Below are positions 50,966-63,893 of a stretch of 64,000 nt of DNA, one piece after another. The number at the start of each line of letters is the position of its first letter. Position 1 is the first letter of the stretch. Both the position numbers and the translations under genes were made by a program. Under the pieces are notes generated by a model. It saw only the letters and a list, made by a program, of their open reading frames with translations. It was not told the DNA's origin and ran no database searches. The DNA comes from Octopus vulgaris (lineage: Eukaryota): NCBI GenBank assembly GCA_951406725.2, contig OX597836.1:30566001-30630000 (forward strand), read 5' to 3'.

Positions 50966-51164
50966 GACATGTGAATCTGTAAAGGCCTTTCACTAAAGTT
51001 TTGCATCAGAGAAAAAAAACAACTTAATTTAGACAAAAAAAGTGTTAGAATAACATAGCCAGCTCAGAGTGGCTTCTATGTGTTCTAACACCTTTCTGTC
51101 TGAAGTGAGAATTTATCTCCACAGTAAAACTGCAGTGCAAAGCCTTTAGAGGTTCAAATATGTC
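50966..51164. repeat. Imperfect ~200-bp palindrome (old fold-back or MITE)
   Basis: gacat..gaa.ct.taaaggc...agaca.aaa.gtgttagaa..acatag..gcca is mirrored by tggc..ctatgtgttctaacac...tgtct...gccttta.ag.ttca..atgtc. Confidence 0.7.
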
Positions 51165-51330
51165 CTAAACATATTCCATCTAAAATTAATTTATTTTCCA
51201 CCACTGCTTTGCACACCTACCCATGTATACATATACAGACATATGTTTTTATACCAAGTTATAATAAAAACAATTTTTACATCAAGCTGGAGGACTACTC
51301 GATACTTTTTATAGAGTAGATTTATTATTA

Positions 51331-51452
51331 TTTAACAAGAATAGTATTGACAGGGACTTCGAAGTTTCAGCCTGCTTAGGCACATCAGACAGTCTGATGA
51401 AGGTTAAGTAGCATGAAACTTTGAAATCACTGTCAACACTATTATTGTTAAA
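51331..51452. ncRNA. Fold-back carrying a type-I minimal hammerhead ribozyme motif on each arm (Penelope-like remnant)
   Basis: + arm gacagt-CTGATGA-aggttaagtagcat-GAAAC-tttgaa-ATC-actgtc (stem I perfect); - arm CTGATGT-gcct-aagc-aggc-t-GAAAC-ttcgaa-GTC. Confidence 0.65.
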
Positions 51453-51454
51453 GA

Positions 51455-51815
51455 ATATCCCAGCCACATAGTTCCAAGTTCAGCCCCAGTGTGGTAGGCA
51501 CCTTAAGCAAGAGTCTTCTATTATAGTCTTGAGCCAACCAAAGCCTTGCAAGTGGATTTTGGTGGACGGAAACTGAAAGAATTCCATAATATATAGGTGT
51601 GCATGTGTCTATGCTTGTCACCCACCACCACTTGACAACCTGTGTTGGTGTGTTTACATACCCATAACTTAGTGGTTCAAGAAAAGAGACCAATAGAATA
51701 AATACTAGGCTTTAAGAAAAAAAAAAGCACTGGGGCAATTCATTGAACTAAAAACTCTTCAATGTGGTGCCCCTACATGGCCACAGTCTAATGAGTGAAA
51801 TAAGTAAAAGATAAA
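51455..51815 (+). mobile_element. SINE family A, 5'-truncated
   Basis: ccacatagttccaagttcagcccc...gaaataagtaaaagataaaa. Confidence 0.85.
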
Positions 51816-52169
51816 AATTGTGTGTGTGTGTGTGTGTGTGTGTAAGGAAAATGTCATCATCAAAAGATGAAAGAATCTTCATTGTCCTAAAATTGGCATG
51901 AATCAACAGTAATCCTGTTCAGTAGACTGGGCATATCTAGTTCAATTGCTTGGAGTGAAATGGAGTGGTGTGGTTTAAGCAGCTGGTAGTGCAAACAGCA
52001 GGGTAGCAAGCCAGCAATTCTGGAATTTTTAAGCTGTGGCTGTAAACAGGAAGGGGTGAGAATGGGTTAGGAAAGGAAGTTAATGAATACAATTGGAAAG
52101 TGGGTGACAGTTGTGGTGAGGAGGTGGGATATGTGAAGGAGGTTTAGAGAGAGATAGCATGTGCATTAA

Positions 52170-52396
52170 CCCTTTAGTGTTCAGATTACTCTGCCAAATG
52201 TAATGCTTATATATTCACATTGTTCTAAATCAATCATGCATTACCTGATAGCTTCAAGATTTTTGAAGAAGGTAATTGTTTATTTATTTATTATTATTTT
52301 TTTTTTTGAATGACATTGTAAAGGTAGGTGTAAAGGTTGGTCTGAACATAAAACAAAACATTTGAGATGCATATGGCTGATTGAAATGCTAAAAAG
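52170..52396. mobile_element. piggyBac-type MITE P1
   Basis: TTAA at 52166-52169 and 52397-52400; ccctttagtgttcagattactc / aaatgctaaaaag. Confidence 0.85.
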
Positions 52397-52463
52397 TTAA
52401 GAAGCTTAACCAATTTTAATATATCAAATTCCATTCACAAAGTATTGGTCAACTACATAGTAG

Positions 52464-52670
52464 GTGTGGGGGTGCATGGTTTAGTGGTTAGGATGCTGGA
52501 GATGATTGTAAGATTGTGGTTTCAATTCCTGAATTGAGCAATGCACCATGTTCTTGAACAAAACCCTTCATTTCACATTGCTCCAGTCCACCCAGTTGGT
52601 ATCCTGTCCAGGGACGAATATATACACCAGAGAAACCGCGAAACTGACCCTAACCTCCTTATGGAGTAAT
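52464..52670 (+). mobile_element. CORE-like tRNA SINE
   Basis: gcatggtttagtggttagg...gtttcaattcc...gttcttgaacaaaacccttcatttcacattgctccagtccac. Confidence 0.75.
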
Positions 52671-52827
52671 GTGGACTGACTATATAATAGAAGGTAGTTT
52701 TGTACGATGATTTAGAACTATGATGGCAAAGTGAACTTGTCACCAAACAGCTGTATCTTCGATGAAACGAGTTTCAACTACAAACATCCTGTATAATCTC
52801 AACAGAACAGTAACCTACTCAAATGTA

Positions 52828-53186
52828 TCTTATCTTTCACTTGTTTCAATCATTGAACTGTAGCCATGCTGGGGCACCACCCTGAAGAGCTTGATCAAAC
52901 AAATGAACCCCAGTACTTATTCTACCAGTCTTTTTCGCCGACCTACTAAGTTACAGGATGCAAACAAAGCAACACCAGTTGTCAAGCAGTAGTGGATTAC
53001 AAACAACAGAAAAACACATCTAGATATATATGATGGGTATCTTTCAGGTTTTACTTATCAAATCCACTCACAAGACTGCTTGGGTTGGGGCTACAGCAGA
53101 AGACACTTGTTAAAAGTGCTACACAGTGAGACTGAACCCAAGTCCACATGGTTGGGAAGCAAACTTCTTAACCACACAGCCATGTC
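52828..53186 (-). mobile_element. SINE family A
   Basis: Reverse complement of family A. Confidence 0.85.
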
Positions 53187-54039
53187 CATGCACTTATTGA
53201 GCACACTGTAACGTTTAAATGGTTGTTTGGTTTTGTTGTGTTGCTCCTTTAGTTTAGTTCAGTCTCTGTAGACTAACCAACCATAGCTATGGACAGATGC
53301 CATGAATATAATTCTGTTGTGTAATTCACTGCACTGACATTTTACCTGTAAGCCATAATAATCCTTTAGTTGCATTCCAAGCAGAGTGATTGTAATGATT
53401 TGTTGACTGGATTTTCAAATCTTGTCAGTAGACCTAATGTCACTTAGATATCACAACATGGCAGACAACAGGATGAAAATATTTGAAACAATTGTAATTG
53501 AAAAACAGCAGAAAGAAAAAAAAAATGTTTACATTTCTTATTTTTAGCTCTTTTTAATTTTTATCCTTATCATTATGTAATTTTCATTTTCAGTTGAAAA
53601 GCAAAATAACGTGATTTAAATAACATGTAATTTGCTATTAGCTGTGAATAAAATTCACTTGTATTGTGTTTTTATCGGAATAACTAGTACACATCAACAT
53701 ACAGCTGGTTATTTGGAAGAGCACTGCTGACAACCAATCAACAATAATCTGTTCTGATAACAAGCAAACACATACACCTTTAGAATATTTCATAATATTA
53801 ATACAGACAGCGCTTTTTGAAGTGAACTAACTAGGCTTCTAGTTGTTGGTTCAGTAGGTACTTGATCTAACACTGAAATAACACTAATGTAGCCTATAAT
53901 ATAATAAATATAAAATACTTTATAAGTCTGTAGAAACTTTGAGAGAATATGAAATTATTTGATATCAATAATTGAACTTGGAGCAAATAAAACCTTCAAC
54001 TTTTTCTATCCAAAAAGGTTTTCAACCTAATTTTTACAA

Positions 54040-54370
54040 AGGCGTGGGCATGGCTGTGTGGTAAGAAGCTTGCTACTCAACCACATGGTTCTGGGGTCAG
54101 TCTCACTGTGTGGAACCATGAGCAAGTGTTTTCTACTATAGTCTCAAGTTGACCAAAGCCTTGTGAGTGGATTTGGTAGATAAAAATGAAAAGAAGCCTG
54201 TTGTATGTATATATATATATATATATATGATAACTGTTTGATAACTGGTGTTGGTTTTTTTAGGTCCCTGTAACTTAGTGACTCGACAAGAGACCAATAG
54301 AGTACTGTGGTCAATTCATTCATTCTTCAAGGCAGTGCCCCAGTCATATGATTGTAACAAGTAAAAGATA
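54040..54370 (+). mobile_element. SINE family A
   Basis: ggcgtgggcatggctgtgtggtaagaagc...aacaagtaaaagata. Confidence 0.85.
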
Positions 54371-55179
54371 ATGATGCTATCAATTATAGCTTTATCTTTA
54401 TAAGATTACACTAGATATTAACTGAAGCAGTGGAATTGTGTCAGTGACCAGGTCACAGTTAACGTGATGAAAATTTTGACACCAAATAATAAATGTTTAA
54501 GTGAAGTTACCAGTGTTTGTGTGTTTTTGAGTGTGTCATTCACATTGCAATCGTTTTAGTTTCAACACATGGTCTCAGATCAAATCACTTGCCTGACAAA
54601 TACACCACCAAAATATAATTAGAGTATTATATAAAAATATATGAAGTTTATACAATGTTTTAATAAATTCTTATCTACTTTTACCAGAACTAAGACAATA
54701 AGAAAGAAAGAAAACCAAAAGTATACCATGTAAAAATAAGGAATTCTAAAAAAAAAAAAAGGAAAGTGCTTCACTTACTAATGTTTAGTTTCCCACATTA
54801 AATTATTTCCTCATTCTTTTTCTGGCTGTTTACAAAGAGGGATATGAAAACTACACAAACACATATCACTGACTTCATCTGCTACAATGGGTCAGTCTTA
54901 CATTATATAAACTACAAAATCATTTAAATGTTCACTTTTCCATGCTTGCATAAGTCAGGCAGAGTTTATTGAAGCAGATTTTCGATGGACAGATGCCCTT
55001 CTTATTGCCAACCATTACTTGTTTCCAAGTACAGTAATAATCCCCCATGGTTAGACTCATTTTAACAATATACTGAAAATGAATGACATTCAGTTACAGC
55101 ATTATGCAATGTCAAGACGAAACAAACCAACACATACTGAAAACATACACATATTCACACACACACACATATATAATAC

Positions 55180-55579
55180 TCTTACTCTCTCTCTTTTACT
55201 CGTTTCAGTCCTTTGACTGCAGCCATGCTGAAGCACCACCTTTAGTCGAGCAAATCGCCCCCGGGACTTATTCTTTGTAAGCCCAGTACTTATTCTATCA
55301 GTCTCTTTTGCCAAACCGCTAAGTGACGGCGACGTAAACACACCAGCACCAGTTGTCAAGCAATGCTAGGGGGACAAACACAGACACACAAACATATATA
55401 TATATATACATATATACGACAGGCTTCTTTCAGTTTCCGTCTACCAAATCCACTCACAAGGCTTTGGTCAGCCCGAGGCTATAGTAGAAGACACTTGCCC
55501 AAGATGCCACGCAGTGGGACTGAACCCGGAACCATGTGGTTGGTAAGCAAGCTACTTACCACACAGCCACTCCTGCGCC
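55180..55579 (-). mobile_element. Young full-length SINE family A
   Basis: Near-identical to 12498-12913; ORFs 55363..55587 and 12478..12720 give almost the same spurious peptide. Confidence 0.92.
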
Positions 55580-55612
55580 TACATTGAAAATTATGTAATC
55601 ATACTTCTATAG

Positions 55613-55780
55613 GAACAGGTGTGGCTATGTGGTTGAGAAGTCTGCTTCACAAGTACACGGTGTCAGTTTCAGTCTCACTGCATGGCACCTAGGGCAAGTG
55701 TCTTTTAGTATAGCCCCAGGCTCACCCTCACCAGGGCTTTGTGAGCAGACTTGGTAGATGGAAACTGAAAAGTCTGTTGT
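55613..55780 (+). mobile_element. SINE family A head, inverted relative to 55180-55579
   Basis: caggtgtggctatgtggttgagaag...ggtagatggaaactgaaaag. Confidence 0.8.
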
Positions 55781-55794
55781 AAGTACATGCATAT

Positions 55795-55826
<32 letters not shown>

Positions 55827-57037
55827 GCATTTTCCTTGTGTTATTTGTCCTGTACTCTATTTTTTCGTTGTTTAAGAAAAATGTCCAGTTCCTTGGTTTT
55901 GTGTTTATGTTTTCGTTTCTCATTGTGTTCGACATTTTTTTGGTGTCCTGTACCTATATATGCATGTATATATACATGTAGATGTAGGTACATACATATA
56001 TGTATGTATATATGCAAATGTTTTATTTATTAATTTGTTATATATATATATATAAACCCGTGCTAGCACGGAAAACGGACATTAAACGATGATGATGATG
56101 ATATATATACATACAATCACACACACAAAGGTTTCTTTCAGTTTCCATCATATCAGATCCAATGACACTTGCCCAAAGTGCTATGCAAGTGGACTGAAAC
56201 TGATACCATGCAGCTGTGAAACAAACTTAACCCCATAGCTACACCTGTGCCTAGAGAAGTAGGACTGTATAATTTTTTATGTATATTTTGTTTGTGTTTT
56301 TTTTTTTCTTTTTTCAATTTTGTTCTGCAAAGTAGAGCAATACTCATTGCCTTCTCTGGCCCAAGATCAGTGAGGTTGACATAGTTGATGTTTTTTTGTT
56401 TTTTTTCAATAACTGAATGTTGATAGCTACAGGAAAACCATGGACAGAGAAAGAATATGAAACAACTGGCAATCTAAGAACATAGTGGTTGGCAAAGGGG
56501 TGGAAAGGTATATACAATGGGTGATGGTAGGAGGGGTATTATGCGAGTCATGTGAGGTTGGTTGACAATAGAATAAGACCAGCCAATGCTGAAGAAGGGG
56601 GCTATTATAGAAGTTTAAAGTAGAAAAGATAGAGTGAGGAAATGATATGTCAGTAAGTATGAAGGCTACCCATTCATGAAACTGCAGTGTATGTCAAGAT
56701 AGCAATTCTTCAGTGTCTTTCATTTGTTCAACATATCTTCTACCAAATCACCAAAAGTTCAATTCTACACACAGTATCATCAACTGTGCTTCAGACAACA
56801 TTCCCATCAAATCTATTGTCCTTCTATTCGTATTACACCAACGTGCAATTTCTTTAGTAACATAATTAAATATGAACACATCTACAGGCAATATGACAAT
56901 ATCAAAGTAATTTTCCCAAGCACTTGCTATTCAGTATTTCCTTATCAGCATAAAAAACAAAAAAAGCAAAGCTCTAACGATATCATCATCTCACAAAAAT
57001 AAAATATTTCTAAACCCGCAAACCATCTCTCTCATGC

Positions 57038-57087
<50 letters not shown>

Positions 57088-57169
57088 GTGTGTGTGTGCA
57101 TATGTTTGAATGTATATATGTGAGTGTGTATACTTGTGTATGTGTGTGTAAATATATATATAAACCGAG

Positions 57170-57430
57170 ACACCTGCTCTCAATCACAAAAATCTCTTGG
57201 AGACCTGCTTCACAACAGTGAATGACTACGATGAACAGGATTGTCTACTATGAATATCTCAGCAGATAAAATCTATACTAAATGGAGCAGTTTCATGAAC
57301 ATCATCCAAAAGACTGCCTGAGCAGATCTTTTACTCACAACTACCTCCAAGGCAAATAAAATGTGTTCAAACTCACCTAGGCAAACTTAAGGAAAATCTG
57401 AAGGAACAAAATACAAACTTAATGCTATAA
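57170..57430 (+). mobile_element. Degenerate RTE LINE fragment
   Basis: Translation includes KRLPEQIFYSQL...KLKENLK, resembling the RTE RLPKxIFYxxL...LKxxLK region. Confidence 0.55.
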
Positions 57431-57685
57431 GCAACCATAGCCCACCAAAGAAATGCATTTTGGCTTTTTGATTTTTTTTTTTTTTTTACTTGTTGGATCT
57501 GGAGGAAGGAAGAGAACATGTGACCTTTGCAGGCCTTCTTAGAGCAGTGAGATTGATGCCATTGATATTGTTCTTGAATGTTTGAAGTGAAAACCTATAA
57601 GGAAACACATGAGCAGAGAGGATATTCTTGAGGGTCAATGTTTTGAGAAGGAATAACTTGCTGAGCCCAAGTCTGCTCAGATTAA

Positions 57686-57886
57686 CCCTTCAACGTTTAA
57701 ACCAGTCGTACCTGGTCCCAATATTCAAACCAGTCAAATCTGGTCTTCCACACCTATTTTACAGTGTCATTCTAAAAAGAAACAATCATATCATTAAAAT
57801 CTCAAAGCTACCAGATAATGCATGGTTAAACCAAGACAAGAACAAACAGGCATTACATTTGATAGAATAATCCAAATACTAAAGGT
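57686..57886. mobile_element. piggyBac-type MITE P1 inside family D
   Basis: TTAA at 57682-57685 and 57887-57890. Confidence 0.75.
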
Positions 57887-59064
57887 TTAAGCTGTCATCA
57901 CCATCCAATCTGATTTTCCAACACAGCATATACAGAACTACATCATCCAATGCAGCCGTCATTTAAGATGATCAGTTGTGATCTGAGGAGATTTGGTTGC
58001 TATTGCTTGTAGGTCAAGCATCCCTCTTTAAACATAAAAGATAGGACACAATGAACAATGTAGTTTTAGATATACAAAAAGACAAAGTGACCAAGGCTGG
58101 AATAGAAAACCTTTCATATGAAATTAGTTGAGCAGAATTGACTAAGCAGAAGAGGGAGAACTACAACTAAAACCGGCTAATCTTCTTTTACTAATGTTGC
58201 CTACCTTTAACCAAAGCAGGGTATTTTAGCATATATATACCTAAACCTAGATTCTAAAAAAGCTTCTTTGCTCCCTCTTTTCCCAGTTACTCCTAACTCT
58301 TTTCTTACTATTTTGTCTCTAATTTTTTTCCTCAGCAACAGTATCTAAAATTAGTATTAAAGAGAAAAGAAGATGGCAGGTTTTACATCAGAAGCAGTTC
58401 ATTGCAATCCTATTTGTTCTGTGTAGCTCCTGTGATTAGACTCTTATGTAAGTGCATTCACCTATGTCTCCATTCATTATTTAATAACCACTCGCTCTTT
58501 CTCTGCATACATATGCCTCTGTCATTGTTATATGGAATCTAACTTCTATTCAGTGTGGTGGAAGGAGGTATATTTTACCATTCATAATCATTCCATAATA
58601 TTTCAATAATATATTTTATTGATTAATTTCATATATATTAATTTCTTTGAAGTAAAAATATATTCCAAATGTGTTTTGAACTAATAATCATTACTAACAT
58701 AGGTACAAGGCCAATACAAATAAGTGTTAACACTGTTTTATCTGAGAGATAAACTAAGGGAGTCACTATGTAGTTGCTCAACTTGCAAAAAATAGCAACC
58801 AAAACTCCTTCCAAATATACCCTACCATACTGCCTTAAAAAAACAAAGGATACTGTACAGCCTTAGATACAGTGGCCATGACCAAAATTCCTCTGATCAT
58901 AAATCTCGATCAGGGCCAAACAACAACCAAGATCTCGATATTTATCTTATGATTCTATACCCCTACCACAACATTGCAACATTCTGGGCAGCATGCATTT
59001 TAAGACAAGTTATTTCATCAAGAGTATAATATAATATGAAAGCCTACTAAAAGTGTTATTTTAA

Positions 59065-59273
59065 CTTGATACCAACCAGCCTGACATCGCCTCTGGTTCC
59101 AGGATACAAACTACCTCTTCTAAAGTGATCTAAATTAACATGGTATTATGATGGAAGGCTTATGTTCCAAACACCAGATTAATAATGACGAAGCTAATAT
59201 ATTAAATTCTTCATTATTTTCAAAATTAATTGAAACAAAGTGTATTTCAACAGAAGTATGCTGACAAAATAGG
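59065..59273. mobile_element. piggyBac-type MITE P2, degenerate
   Basis: taaagtgatctaaattaa...tatgttccaaacaccag shared with 11932-12147; TTAA ends. Confidence 0.65.
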
Positions 59274-60774
59274 TTAAACATTTTTCATGCTAATCGTAAT
59301 CATAGCAAATAGTCTGATACAAAATGCACAGGATTTTGAAGTTTCATATTTAAAATAAATCCTATAAACACCTTACGTAAGAGCATTTCTCTTAAATTAT
59401 GTTTCAAGCAACAGTTTTAATATGAAAATTATTCTACTAAATTCTTCCAAGGTCGTGATTATTTTCAAAATTAATTGAAAGACATAAGCAGTATATTTCA
59501 AGAGAAATATTGTTGCATAAAGAGATAAATACTACACAACAAACACTCACAAAACAATATTTCTTCAACAATGCTTCAATTTTTTTCATTACTACATACA
59601 CACAAATTATGAATGTATGTTTAAGTTGCTGCACAAAAATATAAAATTATTCAGCACAAGTTTGTTAGAAGTGTGCAGTCTTATCTATGTTAATTTATGC
59701 AAGATAACAAGAGTATACAATCCATAAATTAACATATATGTCGAGAGAGAAAGAGAGAGAGATGGGGGAGGTAGACTTAGGGCAATACACACACTATTCA
59801 GATATATTAATGAAAAAAGGAAAAAGAAAAACAAAGAATTAAAGAAAATTGACAAATCTTTCATAATCCAAATTTTTTTCCCCCCAAAAAAATAAATTTC
59901 CAAATCGAACAAAACCCCCTGAAAATTCCCTTTAATTTACAAGAAGAATAAGAGTTTTTGCAACAAACACAAATGTCTAAAGGCTGAAAACTAAATGCAT
60001 TCAATGAATGGCTGATTGATTACCTTAAAAATCAATAGTTAGCTGTGTCATGTTACAATGGAATTGTCAGTCAAAGAAAAAGAATGGTATTCTTCTGAGT
60101 AGGTGGCAACACAGCACACTGCCTCACTGTAGAAGACTAAATTCTCAAGGGTTACTGAAATAGTTATGCATATTTTACATAATTACAGATATTGTTTTCT
60201 ATCAATTTGGGGGAGAGATTCATTTCTTTATAATTTGTTTCTTTTGTTTTATTATTGTTTTGTGTTTCTTCCCCCGTCCCCTGTTTTTAACGAATCCAAT
60301 ACCAAGCTTTAAACTTTATTATTTCTATATCCTATACTTGTAGGATCTCAAATCTTCTTGGATTATTTTTTTACATAAAAGCTTATAGAAATCAAACAGG
60401 TAATAATTACTTTCTACATGACAACACAACAGAAATCCTCTTCTAACTGAATAAATAAACACAATCAAATAATTCCCACCCACTCATTATCCTCGTCATC
60501 AGCAAAACATTGTAAACAATATAAATCTCTCAAACACACCATCTAATTAATGTACTCACCCATCTCCATCCTTTTTTCTTTTTAACCATTATACCTCTTC
60601 TAACATTACAAACTACAATAACATGCATCTTTCCCTGTTGAAAAGAACTTGATGCACTGACAAATCCCCAAAGTTTCCTGGATTTTTTTCTTTTCTTTCC
60701 CTGCTTGCATCTTACCACTTCAACTAGTTTCTACCAAAAAAAAAAAAAAAAAGTATCTCCTATTCTTCAAAAAG

Positions 60775-61500
60775 GATGCAGACATGGCTGTGTTGTTTAA
60801 GACATTCACTTCACCACTTCATGATTTCAGGTTCAAGTCCACAACACAGCATACTGGGCAGGTATCTTTTACCAAAGCTTTATGAGTTAAATTTGATTGA
60901 TGGAAAATTTGTGAGAGCTGGTCAGAGTGACTGTTCCTGAGTGACCAACAAATCATAATTTCATAATAACTCAGCTTCTGATAAAACAATGTTATTAATA
61001 ATATCTTTTACTTGTTTCAGTCATGGGAAGGTTTAGTCTAACAAAATGACCCCAGTAGTTGTTTTTTTTTTTAAGCCTGATACTTATTCTATCAATCACT
61101 TTTGCCACAACACTAAGTTACAAGGACATAAACAAGCTAATACTGGTTATCAAAAGAGGTGGTAGGTACAAACAAATGTGTTTGTGTGTATATATCCACA
61201 CACAGACATATATAACACAAACAGAGCCTGAAAGATTGCGTTAAGATACATGATGTATTTTATAAATGTGCCTGTTCAAGTATCACAATAGCACAAAATT
61301 ATTAGCTCTTTTGGTTATGTATTTAATTTGATATATATATATATATAAAATACACACACACACACACACAACCTTCTTTCAGTTTTCATCTACCAAATCC
61401 ACTCCCAAGGCTTTGGTTGGGCCAGGACTATGTAAAAGACCCTTGTCCAGAATGTCATGCAATGAGACTGAACCAAAAACCACATCATTGGGAAGCCTGT
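60775..61500. mobile_element. SINE A fragments (+ head ~60775-60915; - copy ~61003-61498)
   Basis: Family A motifs on both strands. Confidence 0.7.
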
Positions 61501-63446
61501 ATATTGTAAATTATGAGCAGCATTGTAGAGTTCAATAAATTCATTTGTCTCATTAATTATCCTCGGTTCCAAAAGTTTGAGTTTGTGAATGTTGCATTAC
61601 AAATATTATCATACAATCGCAAGAGTATATCTTGCAAAATTCTCTTGTGGAATTTCAGTTTCAAATGAAATTGATGAGCTATTTGTATGTCCAAATGGAT
61701 TTTCATCTAGTTGACTTCCATAACTATTCTAGTACTACCCTTTCTAAAATATCTTAATATTCTTTCTTGAATATTTACATAAATAATTGTACTCTAAGTC
61801 AAATATTTGTTAATAGTCTATTCGTCCAGGCAGGGTGACTGCCCAGACCAAAGTAACTCTCCCATAGAAGTCCCAATTGAGTGATGAGATATGAATGACT
61901 AGCCTAAATTTTAGTCATATTGGTCTTTTGCTCACTGATATACCTCAACAGCACACACCACAAAAACAGATGAGAGCAGTAATTCATTAACTAAACTGGT
62001 TGATCTTGACTGTTGACAGCTTTGTCTGTTGATCTGCTCAGCATTTGGTGATTGTCACCATTGTCTCAGTAAGTTCATCTGTTGAAATAGTTCACATCCA
62101 CCATGTTGCATCCCATGATTTCAGTGTACCCTGGTTGAAATTTAATCCATAGCTGGGACCCTGACAGGTGCTACCACTCCAGGTCAGAGTAGACCTGAGA
62201 GCAATAGTGGCTAAGAGATGGTTCCAAACTCCACAAAACCCTGGAACTCCCAAATCAGTGTCCCACTACCAGATGCAGTTTAAAGTCTATGCTTATTTGT
62301 TAGTAGTGCTCTTTCCATACGAATACAAACTATACTTGTAAAAATTTTTTTTAAAAATAAATGGTCCTGGCTGGAATGATTAGGGCTGACCTGTGACCAA
62401 ACAACTAGTAAAATACATTGGCTATTGTAGTATTAAGTATATTGTTGTTCATTTTAAAAATTGCAGAAGAAAAACATGAAATAGTATACTAACTGAAAAG
62501 CTATTTTTTATCAATGGTCTGCTCAGTGGAGTTTTCAAATAAATGCACACGCCACACACACCACATTGTAACAAAAAATTTCTTTTGTAAAAATTTGCTT
62601 TTCCTTATCTCTTGTGTTAAAAACACAACCCAGAAAAAATCTACCCCCTGAAAAGTCAGTTTTAGTTGCTTGCATACTACATCATAACACAGAAATAAAG
62701 AGGAAACTTAAAAGAGAATTTGTGAAAATTTTTTTGACCGAGTTGCAATCTCCTGAAAGAGTTACAGCTGGTTGCATACTCCAAGATGGAGAAGGAAGGT
62801 GGCATTGTAAAATTCTTTGCAGAATCTCTAATGTTTGAAATACAGAAATTTGAAATTTTTGGATTATATATTTTAAATGTAGATGGAGATGGAGTAATAA
62901 GAAGGAAAAAAAAGATATTTTAACAAATTCAGGTGGGTACTTAATTTGAAATTCTGCAATATATTTGGTTGGGGGGGGTGAAGCCAGAAATGGGAAAGTT
63001 GAAGCTGCTTGTGTAAAGTCAGAGATGGAAATGTTGGCAAAAGCAAAAAAAAAAAAAGAGAGAGAAACTTAAAATCTTTTTAGTAGAATTGTAATCTCTC
63101 CACTATTTAAAAATATAGAAGTCAAAAGAAATTTACTGCCGTCTGCTCAGGTATTCACTTGGGGTTATACAGCAGATAAAAAGAAAAAAAATTAAAGTTT
63201 TTTGTTTTTGTTTTTAGCCAGATGTTTGAAAAATATTTTTATGCTCAACAGCATTTCTGAATCATTACATTCTGAGTTCAAATTCAACCAAGGTCGACTT
63301 TCCTTTCATTCATTTGAGGGTGATATGTAATAAGTAGCAGTCAAGTACTAGGGGTAAAGTAATTGACTTGATCCTGCTATTGACTATAAAAAAGAAATTA
63401 CTAGTCTTGTGCCAAAATTTGAAAACTATTATTATGGAAAAACTAC

Positions 63447-63506
<60 letters not shown>

Positions 63507-63508
<2 letters not shown>

Positions 63509-63893
63509 CACAGGCGTGGCTGTGTGGAATGAAGCTTGCTTCCCAACCACATAGTTCTGGGTTCAGTCCCACTGTGTCGCACCTTGGGCAAGTGCCTTAT
63601 ACTACAGATTCAGGACAACCAAAGCCATGTGAGTGGATTTGGTAGGTGGAAACTGAAAGAAGTTTATCGTATATGTATATATCAATGAGTGTGTTTTTGT
63701 GTCTGTGTTTGTCCCCCACCACAGCTTGTCAACCGATGTTGGTATGTTTACGTCCCGGTGATCTAGCGGTTCGACAAAAGACACCTGAAGGCTTTTAACA
63801 AAAATAAGACCAGGGGTCGATCTGTTCGAGTTAATCCCTTCAAGGCGGTGCCCCAGCATGGCCGCAGTCAAATGACTGAAACAAGTAAAAGAT
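63507..63893 (+). mobile_element. SINE family A directly after a (TA)n tract
   Basis: ggcacaggcgtggctgtgtgg...ggttcagtcccactg...gactgaaacaagtaaaagata; (TA)n at 63450-63506. Confidence 0.9.

Noticed and set aside
62614-62838. 74-aa ORF with globular-looking sequence
   Set aside because: Non-ATG start, no splice context or recognisable motif; length is within chance expectation.
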